A stretch of DNA of 64,000 nt from a bacterium. Lineage in GTDB: Bacteria > Patescibacteriota > Dojkabacteria > SC72. The notes under the pieces were generated by a model. It was not told the origin of the DNA. It was given only the letters and a program-made list of their open reading frames with translations, and searched no databases. Shown in pieces: positions 39,307-49,551 of the stretch. The DNA lies in contig JAJTYH010000002.1 in assembly GCA_021463465.1 (NCBI GenBank), positions 137,799-201,798 of the forward strand, read 5' to 3'. How positions within the stretch are numbered: position 1 is the stretch's first letter; each line of letters starts with the position of its first letter. A program made the position numbers and the translations under genes.

Positions 39307-39728
39307 TGAAAACTGCTAACGATCCGCGACATCAAGCAAGAGTACTAGTACTTCAAAAGCTTTTTGCCGATGATTTCATGGATTTAAAGCGAGAGGAACT
39401 CACAATTGACGAGCTCAAAAGCATAGATGAGATTGAAAAGTACGACACACCTCTCTACGACGAGCTACTCAAAGGTATCACTGAAAAGGTTCAAGAAATT
39501 GACGACATGATAACTAAATTTGCTCCTCAATGGCCACTGGATCAGATTAAAAAGGTTGATCTAGAAATTCTTAGAATTGCGATTTACGAAGGCTTTATTG
39601 CCAACTTGACTCCTCCCAAAGTGGCGATAGATGAGGGGATTGAACTTGCCAAGGCTTTTGGAGGTTCAACCAGCGATAAGTTCGTAAACGGTGTACTGGG
39701 AGCTATATATGATCAAGTAAAGAAATGA
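39306..39728 (+). CDS. nusB: Transcription antitermination factor NusB
   Basis: NusB-like all-helical pattern (DPRHQARVLVLQKLF...). TGA stop inside an ATGA overlap with rnc. Confidence 0.75.
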   Translation: MKTANDPRHQARVLVLQKLFADDFMDLKREELTIDELKSIDEIEKYDTPLYDELLKGITEKVQEIDDMITKFAPQWPLDQIKKVDLEILRIAIYEGFIANLTPPKVAIDEGIELAKAFGGSTSDKFVNGVLGAIYDQVKK

Positions 39729-40426
39729 AAGAAGAAATAGAGCAATTACTCAAACAACTTCAAATTCCTTTCAAAAGCCTCGATTTATACATTGAAGCCT
39801 TTACTCATCGCTCATATATCAATGAGCAGCGAAGCGAGAAGATTAATCATAACGAACGACTTGAGTTCCTAGGCGATGCCGTGTTGGAACTAGTAATCAC
39901 TGAATACATATATTCTCAGTATCCAGAGCACACTGAAGGAGACCTCACAAGTTTCAGAGCAGCAATAGTACGAACTGATTCTCTTGCATTACAAGCCAGA
40001 GAGCTCAACTACGGTAAATCCTTGAGAATGTCTAAAGGAGAGGAAGCAAGTGGAGGAAAAGATAAGGACTATCTCTTGGCTAACACTTTCGAAGCCGTAC
40101 TCGGAGCAATGTATCTAGATTTAGGCTACGAAGTGGCTAAAGAGTTTGTCTACAAGACACTTGTTCCTAGAATACAGGGAATTGTTGATGCTCGATTAGA
40201 CATTGATGCCAAGACTAAATTTCAAGAAATTGCCCAGGCTGTATTCAAACAAACACCAATTTACACTGTAGTTTCAGAAGACGGTCCTGATCATGATAAA
40301 ACCTTTACTATGGCGGTAATGATTGGGGACAGGGAGTTTGGGCAGGGGAAAGGTCCTAGCAAACAGAAAGCAGAAGAGAATGCTGCTCTCCAGGGACTAG
40401 AAATCATAAGTTCTCAACCTAAATAA
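39725..40426 (+). CDS. rnc: Ribonuclease III
   Basis: Signature ERLEFLGDAVLELVITEY, catalytic acidic residues, C-terminal dsRBD. Confidence 0.9.
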   Translation: MKEEIEQLLKQLQIPFKSLDLYIEAFTHRSYINEQRSEKINHNERLEFLGDAVLELVITEYIYSQYPEHTEGDLTSFRAAIVRTDSLALQARELNYGKSLRMSKGEEASGGKDKDYLLANTFEAVLGAMYLDLGYEVAKEFVYKTLVPRIQGIVDARLDIDAKTKFQEIAQAVFKQTPIYTVVSEDGPDHDKTFTMAVMIGDREFGQGKGPSKQKAEENAALQGLEIISSQPK

Positions 40427-40472
40427 CCGAAATTGCTTGAATAAAGAGCTTCCCTTTGTTAGAATTAGCGAT

Positions 40473-40778
40473 ATGTTAAAGATTAGATTAAAACGAACAG
40501 GTAAAAGAGGACAGGCATTTTTCCGCGTAGTGGTAATGGAATCGACTCGTAACAGAGGCAGCAAGTCTGTCGAAGACATCGGTTACTATAACCCACACAA
40601 TAACTCAATTTTTGAAGTAGATAAGACAAAAGCCAAGAAGTGGCTTGATAATGGTGCACAGCCAACTGAAACAGTCGCACAGTACTTTGTGAAGCAAGGT
40701 CTTATGAAAACCTCTCGCAAAGAAGGTTCTACCAAAAGTAAAGGAGCAGTTAAGAAAAAAGCCGCCAAGGAAGCTTAA
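40473..40778 (+). CDS. rpsP: 30S ribosomal protein S16
   Basis: MLKIRLKRTGKRGQAFFRVVVMESTRNRGSKSVEDIGYYNPH. Start placed at the internal ATG of the listed ORF. Confidence 0.85.
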   Translation: MLKIRLKRTGKRGQAFFRVVVMESTRNRGSKSVEDIGYYNPHNNSIFEVDKTKAKKWLDNGAQPTETVAQYFVKQGLMKTSRKEGSTKSKGAVKKKAAKEA

Positions 40779-40799
40779 TTAATTTGTTTACACAAAGAC

Positions 40800-41126
40800 A
40801 TGAAGGACCTTCTAGAGTATATCGTTAAAGCAATCGTAAATAACCCTGACGAGGTATCCGTATCTGAAAAGGAAAGCGTGGACTTTCAAGGTTTGATTAT
40901 ATATTCAATCAAAGTTGCTCAGCAGGATAAGGGCGTAGTCATCGGTCGAAAAGGCAGAACTATCAACGCTATCCGCGATCTTGTCACCATTGCAGCCATT
41001 AGACAGCAAAAACGAGTCAAAGTATTGGTTGAAGAAGATGAGATGGATCGACCTGTTCCAACAGCAAGTGACGATTCAACTCCAACAGAGGACATGCTTG
41101 AGGATAACATGGAGCAATTAGGATAA
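40800..41126 (+). CDS. KH-domain RNA-binding protein (YlqC/UPF0109-like) downstream of rpsP
   Basis: VIGRKGRTINAIRDL KH motif; conserved rpsP-KH synteny; acidic C-tail. Confidence 0.7.
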   Translation: MKDLLEYIVKAIVNNPDEVSVSEKESVDFQGLIIYSIKVAQQDKGVVIGRKGRTINAIRDLVTIAAIRQQKRVKVLVEEDEMDRPVPTASDDSTPTEDMLEDNMEQLG

Positions 41127-41158
41127 TCCCTGTCGTTTCAACAATACTTCAATATTAC

Positions 41159-42007
41159 TTACTTTTGCAGTTTCGATGCTTTCTGCGTAAATACATCAAT
41201 AGTAGGAGTGAATTGAGTGTAGGATGAGAATGGGGAATATATGTTTGGTTTAGTAATTGCATCCTGATTAATGTAGTAGCCTGTAACAGTTAATGCAAGT
41301 TCCCATTGTCCTGACTCAGTTTGTTTTAGCTTCACCTGATCAGTAGCCACAATAAATGGCGAAGCATCTTGTATCTCGTCAAGGAAACTCGTGATCTCTG
41401 TGAAATTTCCTGAGTACTTCAAAGGGCCGCTAACTCCTCTCATAACTGGATCTACGCCTTTAGATTCAGCGGAGGTTCGTACTGCAATATCACCAGCTAG
41501 AATTTCTCTAAATTCTAAGCCGTTTGATTTAGCTGAATCATCAACATAAGAGACAAAATCAGACACTTGAAGACTAAAAGGAATCACAGTTCGGGCATTA
41601 GATAAATCAGTTTGCAACAAAGTAATATCCATAGCATCTAAATCACTACCCAGTTTATTAAGTTGAGTTATTTTGGATTTAGTATCCTGACTTTCAGCCC
41701 TAAACTTCATTCCGCTTGTTACCATAGGAATATAAACAAATATTGTGAGTAATCCGAGGGCAAGTAAGCTTAAGACTGGGACAACCAAATCACCTGGTTT
41801 AAACTTCTTTACTGAGCTCTGAATTGCCTGAAGCTCACTAAATGTCTTATCAAACTGCCTGACAGCATTGGTTTGTATAGAAGCAGCTTCGCCTTCTACT
41901 CGAGCGGCAACAGGTATCCCTTGCCCTTGAGTAGCAACTACCTCTGAAGGTACTGCATCAGGAGTTGCTACAGGAGGGGTGGATTGTACAGGCTTCTGTT
42001 CATCCAT
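41159..42007 (-). CDS. pilO: Type IV pilus assembly protein PilO-like (single N-terminal TM, periplasmic domain)
   Basis: Position after pilM-pilN; TM segment LALGLLTIFVYIPMV. Start placed at MDEQKPVQ. Confidence 0.5.
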   Translation of the reverse strand: MDEQKPVQSTPPVATPDAVPSEVVATQGQGIPVAARVEGEAASIQTNAVRQFDKTFSELQAIQSSVKKFKPGDLVVPVLSLLALGLLTIFVYIPMVTSGMKFRAESQDTKSKITQLNKLGSDLDAMDITLLQTDLSNARTVIPFSLQVSDFVSYVDDSAKSNGLEFREILAGDIAVRTSAESKGVDPVMRGVSGPLKYSGNFTEITSFLDEIQDASPFIVATDQVKLKQTESGQWELALTVTGYYINQDAITKPNIYSPFSSYTQFTPTIDVFTQKASKLQK

Positions 42008-42614
42008 TTTGTGCCTCCTTCTTGAACTCTTCAACATTAAGTTTACCTTCAAAATTAAATCTGGCTCCACCAATATCTTTCACTACAGTTTTGAGGTTTA
42101 CAGACTCAATGAAGCGATCATTGCCAAGCACATACCAGAGTTTAGAAACATCGGTTAGATTGTTAGCACTACCAGTAATATCAAAGCTTGAGCCTTCAGT
42201 AAGTTCGAAAGAATCAATTGATGCAAGACCACTTGAGAGTGACTGAAGGTATGTGATGATGTCCCTTGAAGAATATGTACTCGTTGCGATTTTGGTATAG
42301 AGATTAATTCTTCTTAAAATCTCATCATTTGAGGTCAAAAGATTTTCACGAAGTGATAAATCATTCTCGGCCTGAAAAAGTAAGTCTTTCTGTCGATTAA
42401 GATCAATCTTAGCAAAAATATTAAAACCAACAATCAAAAGCGAAAAAGAGATTAAAATAAAAAGGGAAACCGCTGCACCCACATTCAATTTAACTTTACT
42501 TGTCTCGACAACTATCTCTTCCTGAGTTAGTGGAGGAATAAGGTTAATACTTTTACTACCCCTAATCAGATTAGGTGCATTTACTTTCTTTGTTTCTACA
42601 TTGGTATTACTCAT
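42000..42614 (-). CDS. pilN: Type IV pilus assembly protein PilN-like
   Basis: Short cytoplasmic N-terminus, one TM (GAAVSLFILISFSLLIVGF), periplasmic coiled region. TGA stop; overlaps pilO start. Confidence 0.6.
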   Translation of the reverse strand: MSNTNVETKKVNAPNLIRGSKSINLIPPLTQEEIVVETSKVKLNVGAAVSLFILISFSLLIVGFNIFAKIDLNRQKDLLFQAENDLSLRENLLTSNDEILRRINLYTKIATSTYSSRDIITYLQSLSSGLASIDSFELTEGSSFDITGSANNLTDVSKLWYVLGNDRFIESVNLKTVVKDIGGARFNFEGKLNVEEFKKEAQNG

Positions 42615-43641
42615 CTTTAAGTGCGAGTCCTATTGCAACAGAATATGAAGCCGAGCTTTTGGTGACAATATTTTTAAATCTGTCAGGAATTTCAATACCT
42701 TTCCAAGGATCTGCTAGCATCGCATCAACACCCATGGTCTTAGAGATATAATCAGCAATACCAGGAAGTAGGGCACCATCACCATTAAGATAAATATTCT
42801 TGGGAGCTTGAGCCAATGTCTTATTCTTATAAAACTCAATTCCACGATTAACCTCTGTAATGATTGCATCAACAATAGGTTTGAGAGTTTGATATATCTT
42901 ACCTTCTAAAACTCCCTCAACAATACCATAATTTCGCTTGTATTCTTCAGCTTGTGTATATTCAAAGTTAAACTTATTAACAATTGCTTGCGTTAATGAA
43001 TCTGAGCCAATAGCAATACTTTGAGAAAACACAAGCTGTTCATCAAGAAGGATACTCATATCAGTGGTATTTGAACCAAAGTCTAACATTACCATATGCT
43101 TCATCTTTGTTGATCGGTACATTGCTCTACCAAGTGCAACTGATTCTGTTTCAACATTAATTGGTTCTAAACCAGCTTTCTCTACAACATTCAGGAAAAG
43201 ATCTACCATCTTCCTGGGAGCAGCAACAAGTAGAACTTTCGGAGCACTTTTCTCTTGGTTAAATCCTATGGTTACATAGCTCATTTGAACGTCATCAATC
43301 GGCATTGGGATGAATTCTTTTGCCTGATAATAGACAGCATTATCCAGTTCGTCATCCTTTACTCCAGGAAACTCTAAAAACCTTGTAAATACCAAAGATT
43401 CAGGCAAAGCTACAATTACCTTATTATTTCGTATTTTTGAATTTACAAACAGAGTCTTAAGTGCATCAGCTAGCTGTTTTTGGTGTACTTCATCTTCACT
43501 ATTGATAACTCCATGGGGTGTTTTTTGACTACCAAAATTTTCAAGAAATGGGGTAGGGGTCGAAATCCCTTTAAGTTCAACGGCTTTTACAGAGTGATTA
43601 CCAAAATCAATTCCAACATGGTCGGGCAGTTTTGACATCAT
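42607..43641 (-). CDS. pilM: Type IV pilus assembly ATPase-like protein PilM (actin/FtsA fold)
   Basis: HVGIDFGNHSVKAVEL N-terminal actin-like phosphate-1 motif; 344 aa. Confidence 0.8.
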   Translation of the reverse strand: MMSKLPDHVGIDFGNHSVKAVELKGISTPTPFLENFGSQKTPHGVINSEDEVHQKQLADALKTLFVNSKIRNNKVIVALPESLVFTRFLEFPGVKDDELDNAVYYQAKEFIPMPIDDVQMSYVTIGFNQEKSAPKVLLVAAPRKMVDLFLNVVEKAGLEPINVETESVALGRAMYRSTKMKHMVMLDFGSNTTDMSILLDEQLVFSQSIAIGSDSLTQAIVNKFNFEYTQAEEYKRNYGIVEGVLEGKIYQTLKPIVDAIITEVNRGIEFYKNKTLAQAPKNIYLNGDGALLPGIADYISKTMGVDAMLADPWKGIEIPDRFKNIVTKSSASYSVAIGLALKDE

Positions 43642-43727
43642 TTTTAATCAATCAAATTAGGCAGTATTACTAATAAGAATCATAACAAAGAGTGTGTGAA
43701 AGTCAATTTTAAAAAGATTACAGGGCA

Positions 43728-46211
43728 TTACAAAGGTTTAAAGCCCACTTCTCGTTTAAAGCCTTCTATTTCACCACCGAAGAACATAGGAGCAAAAGCA
43801 AGGTATCTGTTATCAAAATGAATAGCTAGAACCGGATAAGAAGCCGAAAACAATGGGGTTAAATCCCTACGGATTGAAATTGAGAGTCCATTACTTGTAC
43901 CAAAGCCAAGCATACTTCCATGCACCAGTAAGCCATCTCTTACAGACTGTCCAGTGTCAAGCTCAGGCATATCAATTTCACCGTCCGTGAGCAAGAAAGC
44001 TTCAATTATGTCGTATTTAGGATAGCTACTACCTTGTGATTGATAATCTCCTGACTGAATGTTGATATTTCCTTTTGAGATAAACATACACCCATCACTT
44101 TGATTAGGTGAGGTGATATTTGGTCTTAAATTGGTCACTCCAGAAGCAAAGAATACAGTGGGTGTGTTGCAAACAAAGTTTGAATTGATTGTGACATTGC
44201 CAGTAACCTTAACTACACAAGACTTACTTGTACTGCAAGTGCTAATATCAGAACTTTGACCAGTAAAGGATGTATTATCAGAAAAACTCACAACGTTATA
44301 ATCAGAGGGAGACTCAGAAACCTCTTTATCAACCCTTCTGAATAACTCGTCATACCAATAATTTGTACGATTATTTGCTTCAAAATGGTTTAGGCTTCTA
44401 ACAGTATTAACCTCTTGAGGGTGTAATAGGCTAGGTAAACTGCTTGATGCTGCAAGAAGTAATTCTGAGGTGACATCTGCTTCATTTTTACTAAAGCTAA
44501 ATGGTGAATTCCAATATGAATCGTTTGAAAATCCTGAGCTTCCATTTAATTCAACTATCTCAATTCCAGAGGTAGACCCAGCATTAACAAGTCCACCTTT
44601 TGTTGCAATCCAGGAAACTCCAAATGGAAATCCTGAAGTTGCTGAGCTCATATTGCATGCCGCATCAAATGCATAAGCTGTGAAATTAACGTTTCCTTGT
44701 TCGTTGCTGTTCATGTCAATTCTGTCACTCCTTGAGGTGGCACTTGTTGTCCACAGATGATACCCAGAGTACATGCTTGAACCTGTAGCTCCACTACCAA
44801 ATACATAATTGGTGACGCCCGAAGTTTCATCATCAATTTCATCAGCACTTGGGTTTGGTGTTTGTAAGTCTGCATCTCCAACGACTCTTGTGATTGTGGA
44901 ATTAGCATCATTAAATTGCCACGCAACATCAATCCTGGTTGCATCGACAATTGAGAAATTAATCCCACTGCTTACTGGATCAGCAATATCAAGGTTGACT
45001 GACTGGGTTGAAGATGGCCAAGCAATAGTTCCAGAGCCACTACCATATTTTGGTACCGCGCTGATAGCATAGGTTCCACTTGTTAATTTTTCGTAATTAG
45101 TTATGCCAGAATTTTCATGATACGGCTCTAAATCGAGTGTAAGTGTTGTATTACTACCACTTTCAGTTACGCTAACATTTTTAATAGCTGCAGATGCACT
45201 TCCACCAGCTCCCTTTATTTCTCCTCTTAGTCCATTGCCAACTGTACCAACCCTTACCCAAGTTTGTAATGAGCCTCCTGCAACTCCCGATGCGTATCTG
45301 CTTGGAGCATATATGTCGCTCCATACACTTCCTACTTTTTTGACAAGTAATCCAAATTCGGAGTTGCTTGCAAGTGCTTGCTGTTCAGAAGTGGAAAGTG
45401 ATTCAATTGTTGTTGGGTTAGCTCCAAACCAAACTCTTATATCCGATACAGAATCTGAACCAGATGTAGTTGCTACCTGAGCATTTACCCTTACAACATT
45501 ATTCGCACTTTTTCCAAGATATCCTGCACTTGGGGTACATCCGTTAAAAGTGCCGCCACCTCCACCAGCACCCGAGGATGAATTATACAGTGAGTATGAG
45601 ACTGTAACGGGTGGAATCACTGGAATACACGCAAATTGTTTCAAGATGTACTGGGTACAGGTTGGCTCTTCTTCTTCACAGTCTCGACACATTTTGCCTG
45701 GGTTAGATTTTGTAGGGCAATTATACCAGTCTCCACAAATTCTTGGCGGATTATTGTACTTACAGCATGGGCCTGCATCTTGTGCATTACCCCAAATACA
45801 ACCTCTGTATCCTTGGCAAGATTCTGAGACAACTGTGTTTAAATCGGGAATAGTGCCAGAAGGGCAGTTATATGTATTCCAAGGGCAAGTGGGTCCACCT
45901 CCGCCACCTCCGCCGCCTCCGCCGCCTCCACCAGAACCACCGCAAGTTGTACTGCACTCATAATCATGACACCAGCAAATATTTTCATCTTGACCAGTAT
46001 CCGGATTTCTTTGAAATCCACAAGAGTATACTGCTATTCCAGAAGATTGCCCACCACTTACGTTTGGTGTATTTGCACAGATTTCACGGGCATTAATACT
46101 ACAACCCCGTGATGGACCCGTCGTACAATAAGCCAATGTAATCGAAAAAGAAGAGAAAAAGAAAAAAGAAAATAGTAAGCCAACTTTAATAACTCTTTTA
46201 ATAATTTTCAT
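43728..46211 (-). CDS. Secreted Cys-rich protein with poly-Gly tract and large C-terminal beta-rich domain; candidate pilus-associated adhesin
   Basis: Signal peptide (MKIIKRVIKVGLLFSFFFFSSFSITLA). Many Cys in the first ~200 aa. A G17 tract and a second G7 tract. 827 aa. Immediately upstream of, and co-oriented with, pilMNO. Confidence 0.5.
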   Translation of the reverse strand: MKIIKRVIKVGLLFSFFFFSSFSITLAYCTTGPSRGCSINAREICANTPNVSGGQSSGIAVYSCGFQRNPDTGQDENICWCHDYECSTTCGGSGGGGGGGGGGGGGPTCPWNTYNCPSGTIPDLNTVVSESCQGYRGCIWGNAQDAGPCCKYNNPPRICGDWYNCPTKSNPGKMCRDCEEEEPTCTQYILKQFACIPVIPPVTVSYSLYNSSSGAGGGGGTFNGCTPSAGYLGKSANNVVRVNAQVATTSGSDSVSDIRVWFGANPTTIESLSTSEQQALASNSEFGLLVKKVGSVWSDIYAPSRYASGVAGGSLQTWVRVGTVGNGLRGEIKGAGGSASAAIKNVSVTESGSNTTLTLDLEPYHENSGITNYEKLTSGTYAISAVPKYGSGSGTIAWPSSTQSVNLDIADPVSSGINFSIVDATRIDVAWQFNDANSTITRVVGDADLQTPNPSADEIDDETSGVTNYVFGSGATGSSMYSGYHLWTTSATSRSDRIDMNSNEQGNVNFTAYAFDAACNMSSATSGFPFGVSWIATKGGLVNAGSTSGIEIVELNGSSGFSNDSYWNSPFSFSKNEADVTSELLLAASSSLPSLLHPQEVNTVRSLNHFEANNRTNYWYDELFRRVDKEVSESPSDYNVVSFSDNTSFTGQSSDISTCSTSKSCVVKVTGNVTINSNFVCNTPTVFFASGVTNLRPNITSPNQSDGCMFISKGNINIQSGDYQSQGSSYPKYDIIEAFLLTDGEIDMPELDTGQSVRDGLLVHGSMLGFGTSNGLSISIRRDLTPLFSASYPVLAIHFDNRYLAFAPMFFGGEIEGFKREVGFKPL
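45892..45943 (-). repeat. Imperfect (GGN)17 trinucleotide tract encoding poly-Gly
   Basis: ccacctccgccacctccgccgcctccgccgcctccaccagaaccaccgc on the + strand. Confidence 0.6.
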
Positions 46212-46669
46212 GTATTATAAAGGTTGATATTACAGAACCTATTCATAACTTCACAAGCATTATCTTTACACGCACCTGAGAGGAAAATCACATTCTTTGA
46301 AGAAATATAGTCAAAGAATTTATCAATCGTAACAGTTTCAGAACTAAATTCTTTATTTTTATCTACTCTATTTACGGAATAATCTCCTGTATCACAATTT
46401 ATCTTAACCTCCTCAAACATCTTGGACTTTATTTTGTTTGGCCAAACTCCTTCTAAATCAAGTGTATACTTTTCTTCATCAAAACTAACTACATAAAAGA
46501 CACCTGAATTTCTTCTTATATCAAAATCTTTATCCAATTCAACTGGTGGGCTATATGTGATACTTTCTCTCAAATCTTTGTTACGTGGATTTTTCACGAT
46601 TAAATAAAGGCACAAAAAAAGGGAACATACTAGCAAAAGCACAACACTAAAAAAGAACCCTTTACTCAT
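46208..46669 (-). CDS. Small secreted/anchored hypothetical protein
   Basis: N-terminal hydrophobic signal/anchor; 4-nt overlap with the downstream gene. Confidence 0.35.
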   Translation of the reverse strand: MSKGFFFSVVLLLVCSLFLCLYLIVKNPRNKDLRESITYSPPVELDKDFDIRRNSGVFYVVSFDEEKYTLDLEGVWPNKIKSKMFEEVKINCDTGDYSVNRVDKNKEFSSETVTIDKFFDYISSKNVIFLSGACKDNACEVMNRFCNINLYNT

Positions 46670-46860
46670 GTACTTATAAATATCAAATATCTTTACTTAA
46701 AATTAGGATATTTAAATTGCAATGTCAATTATTCCATTCGACGATATTAAAACCCCCTCCAAGTAAAAATCAAGCGGAGAATCTTAATCAAAGGAAGTAC
46801 AAGACAATTGACAATGTTTTATAACAACTAGTTAATTGTCGCTGGAAGTATTACTAATTA

Positions 46861-48114
46861 TCAATACCCAGAAAATGTTTGAAGTGCCTCATCGAAAATT
46901 TCGGGGGTTACTGCGATATGTATTGCAGTTGCTAACAATGACGGAGGGTAGTATATAACTAAAGTTGATCCATCAGGCATCCTTTTTATCGTGATCAAAA
47001 TTAATTTATCTTTGCCGGGCCAAGAAATTTGATAAGATTTAAATTTACTTACTTTTTCATGATCTAAATACAGCAAAGCAGAAATTTGCTCATCGCTTAG
47101 CTTTTTAAATTCAGCAAAAGTCCCATCAATACCTGTTACATCATCCATATACCTGAAAGCTTCTTCAGAAGTTAAAAAACTTTCAACGTATCGTACTTCT
47201 CCATTAATATAAGGAACGGGGCACTGTTCAACATAGGGGAATGAAATAGATTCACCGTTCAATCCAATGTATTCCCGCGTAGTTGGCGGGGCTTCAGTCG
47301 GTTTTATAGTAAGGGTAGGATTTGTTATAACAGTCGGTTCAAGTGAAGGAGTAGGGTTAACAACAGGGGGCTCATTACCACCATCTGACCCATCACCACC
47401 AAAACTTAGCGGTGTTGCTTGTGGAGCAACCCCAGGTTCCACAGGTAGTGATAACACTGCTGGATTTTTAGTACTTTGATAAATAAGCGTTGCCGCAGTA
47501 GCAAGAATTGCCACTCCCATAAAAAGTCCAAGTCCTGTACCTCTTTTTTTGGGGCTTTGTGAAGGAGATGAATTATCTTTACCTTCAGCTGGTCTTTTTG
47601 CTGGTGAACCAACAACAATAGGGGCAACACCGTCGCGAACTAATAACTGAGGCTTCCAGTTATCACCATCATTTTCCCACCTTCCGAAGGGGTCAAATAC
47701 AATATCTCCATTTTCTTGTTTCCTAAATCTACCAAATGCGGTAACCAGAATTTGACCAGGCTCAAGCGAAGTAATATTAAGGTCTGCATCTATTTGATCA
47801 AAGGAATCTCTAATTTGCTCACAAACTTCCTTACGAAGAAAACGCCTTTCATTTTTCCTAAGTGGCTTAATAAAAGGAAGGACCAATGCGTTAATACCGT
47901 TCTCACCACCGAAGAATTCATTTGATAGACTATTGCATCCAACGCCATTAAAATCTTCTTCATCTCCCGTAAATAAGTAAGCTTCAGGAAATAGATTTAA
48001 AGCCTCCTCCAGCTTTGCTTTTGCGCCATCAATCCTCTGGCTAGCTTCCAGAGCAGGGGAACTAGAGGAAAAAGGAGAGATTCTTTCAAAAGACCTTGTA
48101 CTTGCATTTACCAT
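46861..48114 (-). CDS. Hypothetical bitopic membrane protein (cytoplasmic N-domain, 1 TM, Pro/Thr-rich linker, extracellular C-domain)
   Basis: TM segment GLGLFMGVAILATAATLIY; PT-rich linker. Confidence 0.35.
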   Translation of the reverse strand: MVNASTRSFERISPFSSSSPALEASQRIDGAKAKLEEALNLFPEAYLFTGDEEDFNGVGCNSLSNEFFGGENGINALVLPFIKPLRKNERRFLRKEVCEQIRDSFDQIDADLNITSLEPGQILVTAFGRFRKQENGDIVFDPFGRWENDGDNWKPQLLVRDGVAPIVVGSPAKRPAEGKDNSSPSQSPKKRGTGLGLFMGVAILATAATLIYQSTKNPAVLSLPVEPGVAPQATPLSFGGDGSDGGNEPPVVNPTPSLEPTVITNPTLTIKPTEAPPTTREYIGLNGESISFPYVEQCPVPYINGEVRYVESFLTSEEAFRYMDDVTGIDGTFAEFKKLSDEQISALLYLDHEKVSKFKSYQISWPGKDKLILITIKRMPDGSTLVIYYPPSLLATAIHIAVTPEIFDEALQTFSGY

Positions 48115-48180
48115 AGTATTACTTCTAGTAAAGTAAAGTTATTGTATATTATACAACATTAAACCAAGCTGGACTATAGG

Positions 48181-48576
48181 CTACTTATCGCCTAAAACCT
48201 TCTTTACTTCATTTACTAAGTCCGTGTACTCCAACTCAGATTTAATCAAGTAGGATACCGCGCCAAAATCAAAAGCCTCTTTAATAACTTTATCACTCGT
48301 CATATTGGTCAAAATTATCACTGGAGCATCGCCATATCCCTCTTTATCAGCTTTAATCGTCCTCAACACCTCCAAACCATCAAGACCAGGCATCATCAAA
48401 TCAAGTAGAATCAACGAAATTACATCTGGACTTTTTTTCAAAACTTCGAGGCCCTTATATCCATCTATCGCACTCACCACATTATATCCAGCACTTTGAA
48501 CCACCTCGACATAAGAATCCAAAAGAGCTTTCTCGTCTTCAATAATTAATACTGTTTTTTTGTTTTCCATATACAT
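48181..48576 (-). CDS. Stand-alone CheY-like receiver domain protein (PilH/PilG-like)
   Basis: Intact receiver motifs: LIIEDE, LILLDLMMPGLDG (phospho-Asp), ILTNMTS, K in YLIKS. 131 aa with no output domain. Confidence 0.8.
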   Translation of the reverse strand: MYMENKKTVLIIEDEKALLDSYVEVVQSAGYNVVSAIDGYKGLEVLKKSPDVISLILLDLMMPGLDGLEVLRTIKADKEGYGDAPVIILTNMTSDKVIKEAFDFGAVSYLIKSELEYTDLVNEVKKVLGDK

Positions 48577-48581
48577 TCCTT

Positions 48582-49529
48582 TTACTGAGGTTGAAGCGTT
48601 CCAGTACCATTATACAGGACATAATCAAATATCGGCAAAGCCCATTCTTGTTGAGGGACTTGAACCTCTTTAGCACGATAAGAGCCAGTACAGTTAGCAC
48701 CAACAGTCATTTTAACCATCTCCCAATCTGTAATACAGTTAGCATTGGAAAGGGAAGCCCTTAGCGAAATTATTGAATTAACACTACGAACTCTAACTTC
48801 ATCCAAAGAATATCCGCCTGATGCTCCTAAAGGCACTGTAATTTGCGAGCCTGCCGCTACTGGAGTCCAGGAATCTGACAAACTAGGATTGCCACTACAA
48901 TCGCTTCCACCAGCGAAGATGCAGTACGGGAGGATATCGCCGTATGCATAAGGCTTGTACTCACCAGCAATACCCCCTGTGTAGTTTCTCCCGTAGACTC
49001 GACTTATCATTAAACCTCCAACGGCAGTACCGCGAGGCTCAACCGTAAGAAGTAAGGAGCACGAGCCAGGATTAGGAGTTTGACCTCGCAACACAAATGA
49101 CCTAACAGAATCAGGCCTTATCTCCAAATCATCCTGTTCTGACGCTAGCTTGGTTGTTAGTTCTAAGGTTGATGTTTCATCTTGGCAATTAGATAGAGAT
49201 GTAGAAGAGTCGGCACCTACACCCACATCAGATAAGAAACTTACAACATTCTCAACTCCTTGAATCTTACACCCATCAGCTTGATCAATACCCGTTCCAA
49301 ACTCAGGTTTTGCACAACTCGCTTTTAATGCACTAACAGAGGTCCCTTTTACTGAATCAATAATTGAATCGGCTGTTTCAAGAGCTTCCGCAGAAGATTT
49401 TTCATTTACAACTCTGAAATTATCTCTCAAAACACGTGATAACATTGCCATACCCATAACAATAGATATGACCAAAACAATCATAACAATAGCTAATGCC
49501 TGTGCTTTGTAGCCAACTGCGGTTTTCAT
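48582..49529 (-). CDS. Membrane-anchored hypothetical protein, possibly a non-canonical minor pilin/PilX-like component
   Basis: N-terminal hydrophobic helix but no G/A-x-x-x-x-E prepilin motif; position in the pilin operon. Confidence 0.35.
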   Translation of the reverse strand: MKTAVGYKAQALAIVMIVLVISIVMGMAMLSRVLRDNFRVVNEKSSAEALETADSIIDSVKGTSVSALKASCAKPEFGTGIDQADGCKIQGVENVVSFLSDVGVGADSSTSLSNCQDETSTLELTTKLASEQDDLEIRPDSVRSFVLRGQTPNPGSCSLLLTVEPRGTAVGGLMISRVYGRNYTGGIAGEYKPYAYGDILPYCIFAGGSDCSGNPSLSDSWTPVAAGSQITVPLGASGGYSLDEVRVRSVNSIISLRASLSNANCITDWEMVKMTVGANCTGSYRAKEVQVPQQEWALPIFDYVLYNGTGTLQPQ

Positions 49530-49551
49530 ATACTCCTAAAGTATCAAATTA

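Noticed and set aside
45550-45963. Plus-strand ORF with poly-Pro run (MPPPPPAPEDE...PPPPPPPPPPPPPEPPQ)
   Set aside because: Mirror-strand artifact of the poly-Gly (GGN)n tract in the real minus-strand gene 43728..46211.
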